Shown piece after piece: positions 60,124 through 64,000 of a stretch of 64,000 nucleotides of DNA. Each line of letters starts with the position of its first letter. Within the stretch, counting starts at the first letter, position 1. The position numbers and the translations under genes are program-made. The notes below the pieces were generated by a model. That model saw only the letters and a program-made list of their open reading frames with translations, was not told where the DNA came from and searched no databases. The DNA is from Bacteroidales bacterium (lineage in GTDB: Bacteria > Bacteroidota > Bacteroidia > Bacteroidales > UBA4417): contig JADJGZ010000014.1 in the NCBI GenBank assembly GCA_016707785.1, positions 4,225 through 68,224 of the forward strand, read 5' to 3'.

Positions 60124-62138
60124 ATGGCGTAAATGCAGGGACGAACAGTTCCACTTATGCATTCGTGCCATCAAATGGGAATGTGGTATCCTGTGTGATG
60201 ACCAGCAATGCCACTTGCGTGACTGGCAGTCCAGCCACTTCTAATAGTGTAACGATGACAGTGAATCCAACCGTAACCGCATCTGTTGCAGTATCAGCAT
60301 CGGCAAATCCAGTGTGTGCAGGCACTTCAGTCACTTTCACAGCCGTTCCCACCAATGGGGGTACAACTCCTTCATATCAGTGGAAGGTGAATGGTGTGAA
60401 TGCAGGGACTAATAGCTCCACTTATGCATTCGTACCATCAAATGGGAATGTGGTATCCTGTGTGATGACCAGCAATGCCACTTGCGTGACTGGCAGTCCA
60501 GCCACTTCCAATAGTGTAACATTGACAGTGAATCCAATGGTTACGGCATCTGTAGCAATTTCAGCATCTGCAAACCCAGTTTGTGCAGGTACATCAGTTA
60601 CGTACACTGCTGTTCCTGCTAATGGAGGAACAACTCCAATTTATCAATGGAAGGTGAATGGTAACAATGCAGGAACCAATAGTGCAACATTCAATTATGT
60701 TCCAGCCAACAACGACCTGGTTACCTGTGAACTAACATCAAATGCAGTTTGTGTTTCCGGCAGCCCGGCAACCTCCAATAGCATTGTAATGAGTGTTGAT
60801 CCTGTGGTAACAGCCTCAGTCCTGATTTCACCCTCAGTGAATCCGGTATGTGCAGGCACTTCAGTTACATTCACAGCAGTACCCACAAATGAAGGCACAA
60901 CTCCTGTCTATCAATGGAAGGTGAATGGCAACAATGCAGGAACCAATAGTGCAACATTTAATTATGTTCCAGCCAATAACGACCTGGTTACCTGCGAACT
61001 AACATCAAATGCAGTTTGTGTGAATGGCAGCCCGGCAACCTCCAATAGCATTGTAATGAGTGTTGATCCTGTGGTAACAGCCTCAGTCCTGATTTCACCC
61101 TCAGTGAATCCTGTTTGTGCAGGCACTTCAGTTACATTCACAGCAGTACCCACAAATGAAGGTACTACTCCTGCTTATCAATGGAAGGTGAATGGCAACG
61201 ATGCAGGAACCAATAGTGCAACATTTAATTATGTTCCAGCCAATAACGACCTGGTTACCTGCGAACTAACATCAAATGCAGTTTGTGTGAATGGCAGCCC
61301 GGCAACATCGAATAGCATTGTAATGAGTGTTGATCCTGTGGTAACAGCCTCAGTCCTGATTTCACCCTCAGTGAATCCGGTCTGTGCAGGCACTTCAGTT
61401 ACATTCACAGCAGTACCTACAAATGAAGGTACAACTCCTGTTTATCAATGGAAGGTGAATGGCAACAATGCAGGAACCAATAGTGCAACATTTAATTATG
61501 TTCCAGCCAACAACGACCTGGTTACCTGCGAACTAACATCAAATGCAGTTTGTGTTTCCGGCAGCCCGGCGACCTCCAATAGCATTGTAATGAGTGTTGA
61601 TCCTGTGGTAACAGCCTCAGTCCTGATTTCACCCTCAGTGAATCCGGTATGTGCAGGCACTTCAGTTACATTCACAGCAGTACCCTCAAATGAAGGCACA
61701 ACTCCTGTCTATCAATGGAAGGTGAATGGCAACAATGCAGGAACCAATAGTGCGACATTCAATTATGTTCCAGCCAACAACGACCTGGTTACCTGCGAAC
61801 TAACATCAAATGCTGTTTGTGTTTCCGGCAGCCCGGCAACCTCCAATAGCATTATTATGAGTGTTGATCCGTTATTAACTGTTAGTGTCAGCATCAACGC
61901 TTCCTCTAACCCTGTATTAGCTGGTACAGAAGTAAGCTTTACAGCCATCGGAGTAAATCAGGGTTCCAACCCGGTTTATCAGTGGAAGGTGAATGGTTTG
62001 GCAGTAGGAACAAATGCAACAATGTATTCCTATGTTCCGAATAATGGGGATATCATCCTATGTGAACTGACCTCAGATGCTTTATGTGCAACAGGCAATC
62101 CGGCGGTATCTGAACCGGTGGTTATGGGAGTAGATCCC
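59771..62138 (+). repeat. 9 tandem 267-bp Ig/PKD-like coding repeats of gene B (3 type A, 1 A/B hybrid, 4 type B, 1 type C)
   Basis: Same unit as in gene A. A 105-nt stretch, 59923-60027, is identical to 53404-53508. Confidence 0.9.
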
Positions 62139-62972
62139 CTTGCGTTATCAGTCGATCCTCCAAGTCAGTCGGTGGGTCCATCAGCCGGAACAATTCAATA
62201 CACTGTAACCTCAAATACAGCCTGGACTGTTGAAAGTGATCAGCCATGGTGTTTAGTAAGTCCTGCAGGAAGTGGCAATGGATTGGTAACAGTGAATTAT
62301 GATGCGAATACATCAGGTTTGAGCAGGAGTGCAGTGATTACTGTAACAGTAATTGGTTTACCTGCGGTCAGTGTTTCCTTGGTACAGGATGCAGAAACTA
62401 CAAAGCAGCTCAATTTGAGTGTTTTATTAGAAGGTTTATATAATGGGACTTCACTTAATAAGGCACAAAGTACAAGCGGTGACCAATTTGCAGGAACAAT
62501 TGCTGACCGTATCATTGTTGAGTTGCATGAATCTGTTTCACCCTATTCCATAGTTGGAGTGCCCTATGAAGTGGATATCCACACTGATGGTTCAGCACAA
62601 GTAGCAATTCCATTATCACTAGGTTCCTCATACTACCTTGTAATTAAACACAGAAATAGTTTGGAGACATGGTCAGCAAATCCGGTTTCATTCAGTGGCG
62701 CAACAATCAGCTATGATTTTAGCAGTTCTGCAAGTCAGGCACTTGGAGGAAACATGAAATCGGTGGCCGGCAAGTTTGTACTGTATTCAGGAGATATTGA
62801 TCAGGACGGGCAGATTGATTCAGATGATATGATCCTGATGAATACGGATGCGGAAAGCTTTATCTCAGGATATGTGGTTTCCGACCTGAATGGTGACGGC
62901 TTGATCGATGCAGATGATATGATTCTGCTTGATAATAATGCAGCAAATACGATTAGTGTCGTGAGGCCTTAA
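59805..62972 (+). CDS. Giant subtilase B, segment 2 of 2 (repeats 2-9, BACON-like, beta-rich module, dockerin-type double EF-hand)
   Basis: Genuine coding in this frame starts at about 60120. The C-terminal ~370 aa are colinear with and highly similar to gene A, ending DIDQDGQIDSDD...DLNGDGLIDADD. Confidence 0.8.
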   Translation: MCWYFCHFYSRSHQWGYNSFISVESEWGECWDEQFHLCIRSIKWKCGNLCDDQQCHMRDWQSCHFQQCNDDSESTASVAVRYPVCADRTFTAVPTNGVQLHSYREVNGVNAGTNSSTYAFVPSNGNVVSCVMTSNATCVTGSPATSNSVTMTVNPTVTASVAVSASANPVCAGTSVTFTAVPTNGGTTPSYQWKVNGVNAGTNSSTYAFVPSNGNVVSCVMTSNATCVTGSPATSNSVTLTVNPMVTASVAISASANPVCAGTSVTYTAVPANGGTTPIYQWKVNGNNAGTNSATFNYVPANNDLVTCELTSNAVCVSGSPATSNSIVMSVDPVVTASVLISPSVNPVCAGTSVTFTAVPTNEGTTPVYQWKVNGNNAGTNSATFNYVPANNDLVTCELTSNAVCVNGSPATSNSIVMSVDPVVTASVLISPSVNPVCAGTSVTFTAVPTNEGTTPAYQWKVNGNDAGTNSATFNYVPANNDLVTCELTSNAVCVNGSPATSNSIVMSVDPVVTASVLISPSVNPVCAGTSVTFTAVPTNEGTTPVYQWKVNGNNAGTNSATFNYVPANNDLVTCELTSNAVCVSGSPATSNSIVMSVDPVVTASVLISPSVNPVCAGTSVTFTAVPSNEGTTPVYQWKVNGNNAGTNSATFNYVPANNDLVTCELTSNAVCVSGSPATSNSIIMSVDPLLTVSVSINASSNPVLAGTEVSFTAIGVNQGSNPVYQWKVNGLAVGTNATMYSYVPNNGDIILCELTSDALCATGNPAVSEPVVMGVDPLALSVDPPSQSVGPSAGTIQYTVTSNTAWTVESDQPWCLVSPAGSGNGLVTVNYDANTSGLSRSAVITVTVIGLPAVSVSLVQDAETTKQLNLSVLLEGLYNGTSLNKAQSTSGDQFAGTIADRIIVELHESVSPYSIVGVPYEVDIHTDGSAQVAIPLSLGSSYYLVIKHRNSLETWSANPVSFSGATISYDFSSSASQALGGNMKSVAGKFVLYSGDIDQDGQIDSDDMILMNTDAESFISGYVVSDLNGDGLIDADDMILLDNNAANTISVVRP

Positions 62973-63072
62973 TAGATGCTCAGGCTGAAAATGTTAACAT
63001 TGGCCGAAACTTTTAAATAATAACTTAAACGAATCAAGGGTTGATAACAAAACATTCATATTTACAGCAAAA

Positions 63073-63099
63073 CCTTACAGGATTTCAAATCCTGTAAGG
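63073..63099 (+). terminator. Hairpin after gene B (weak terminator)
   Basis: 10-bp stem CCTTACAGGA / TCCTGTAAGG. There is no clear T-run. Confidence 0.4.
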
Positions 63100-63161
63100 C
63101 TTAGACCCTAAATATTTGAATATTAGTTCAATTCTTGATTCGCATAATTTACTCTTTTACC

Positions 63162-64000
63162 ATGAAGCTTAAAACTAGTTTACTTATCATTGCCGGACTG
63201 ATGATCTTCCGGTTTTCTTTCAGCCAGACTGTAAAAGAGTTCTATTTCTCATTTCCACTGCCATCAAAAGAAAAGGTCCATACACTGACAAAACAAATTT
63301 CAATTGATAATGTCAGGAATGATACCGTCTGGGCATATGCTACCCCGGCACAATTTGTTAGGTTTCTTAAGGAAGGGTATGCTGTAACATTGCTTCCATC
63401 ACCTGGCTATGCACCAGATGTATTCATGAATGACAATCCCGTTCTTGCCCCTGCCACAACATGGAATTTTTATCCGACGTATTCTGCCTATGAGAGTTAC
63501 ATGGCCCAGTTTGAGTCGAATTATCCTGCTATATGTAAACTATCTACAATAACTACTTTAGCCAGTGGGAGGAAGATTCTGGTGGTCAAAATTTCAGATA
63601 ATGTGGCTATAGATGAAACTGAGCCGGAGTTTTTATATACTTCTTCGATTCATGGTGATGAAACCACCGGATATATCCTGATGATGCACCTGATTGATTA
63701 TTTATTGTCCAATTACGGTACAAATGCCGAAGTGAATGACCTGGTAAATAATATGGAGATTTATATAAATCCATTATCCAATCCTGATGGAACCTATGCC
63801 GGAGGAAATGCTTCAGTCAGTGGAGCTACAAGAGGAAATGCTAATGGAGTAGATATGAACAGGAATTATCCTGATCCGGAAGATGGCCAGCATCCTGATG
63901 GCAATGTATGGCAGCCTGAGACAATTGCTTTTATGGATTTTGCCGGTCAACATCACTTTGTGGCTTCAGCTAATTTTCATGGTGGGGCAGAAGTGGTAAA
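63162..64000 (+). CDS. M14 family zinc carboxypeptidase, N-terminal part (continues beyond the window end)
   Basis: Hand translation: MKLKTSLLIIAGLMIFRFSFSQ (signal peptide) ... PEFLYTSSIHGDETTGY (HxxE zinc motif) ... NPDG ... GVDMNRNYP ... ANFHGGAEVV. Not in the track because there is no stop in the window. Confidence 0.85.
   Translation, partial: MKLKTSLLIIAGLMIFRFSFSQTVKEFYFSFPLPSKEKVHTLTKQISIDNVRNDTVWAYATPAQFVRFLKEGYAVTLLPSPGYAPDVFMNDNPVLAPATTWNFYPTYSAYESYMAQFESNYPAICKLSTITTLASGRKILVVKISDNVAIDETEPEFLYTSSIHGDETTGYILMMHLIDYLLSNYGTNAEVNDLVNNMEIYINPLSNPDGTYAGGNASVSGATRGNANGVDMNRNYPDPEDGQHPDGNVWQPETIAFMDFAGQHHFVASANFHGGAEVV

Noticed and set aside
52773-62138. Diversity-generating retroelement or cassette-switching system acting on the repeats
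   Set aside because: There is no reverse transcriptase, no template/variable repeat pair with adenine-specific differences, and no invertase or recombinase gene or inverted repeats. The differences between units look like ordinary drift plus gene conversion.
51905-62515. Many 60-108-aa antisense or out-of-frame ORFs inside the giant genes (e.g. [20 protein letters not shown]..., repeated)
   Set aside because: They recur once per 267-bp unit simply because the sense-strand repeat lacks stops on the opposite strand. The sense frame has clear domain homology and the antisense frames have none.

Overview
This window looks like a chromosomal segment of a Bacteroidota-type bacterium. It is AT-rich by eye (GC not computed). 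Supporting signs are TAnnTTTG promoter boxes, a 287-aa primary sigma factor, and BACON and CarboxypepD_reg modules.

Left to right the window contains:
- a partial outer-membrane protein gene;
- a complete minus-strand rRNA operon (16S, tRNA-Ile, an aberrant tRNA-Ala, a duplicated spacer, 23S, 5S) with three tandem promoter boxes and boxA-like boxes;
- housekeeping genes pepD, rpe, rpoD, pnp and rpsO;
- a six-gene zeaxanthin-type carotenoid operon (crtI, crtB, unknown orf, idi, crtZ, lycopene cyclase);
- mscS, a SUI1 gene, a lipid kinase and an LtaS-like sulfatase;
- small lipoproteins;
- citrate lyase (fused citD/citE plus citF);
- a GNAT acetyltransferase;
- a 1802-aa thioester alpha-2-macroglobulin lipoprotein;
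- a tRNA-Asp locus holding a GIY-YIG nuclease gene and two rearranged tRNA-Asp copies;
- an AddB-like nuclease;
- an AmgK/MurU-type cell-wall sugar salvage operon whose kinase is fused to a RapZ C-terminal domain;
- a ferritin-like protein, a TonB-dependent receptor and transketolase.

The last 14 kb holds two giant paralogous secreted proteins. One has an unknown head and the other a subtilase head. Both sit on a shared stalk of near-identical 267-bp Ig-like repeats and end in dockerin-type double EF-hands. A partial M14 carboxypeptidase gene follows them. Both giant genes are broken by indel-rich degenerate repeats, which could be assembly error or decay.

Many intergenic regions are filled with dispersed short tandem repeats (periods 7, 8, 10 and 14) and a recurring CCGAAGGGAAGCCTTTGGCTC-type hairpin.

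All family assignments come from motif recognition by eye. No database search or folding program was run. Hand-derived coordinates may be off by a few nt.
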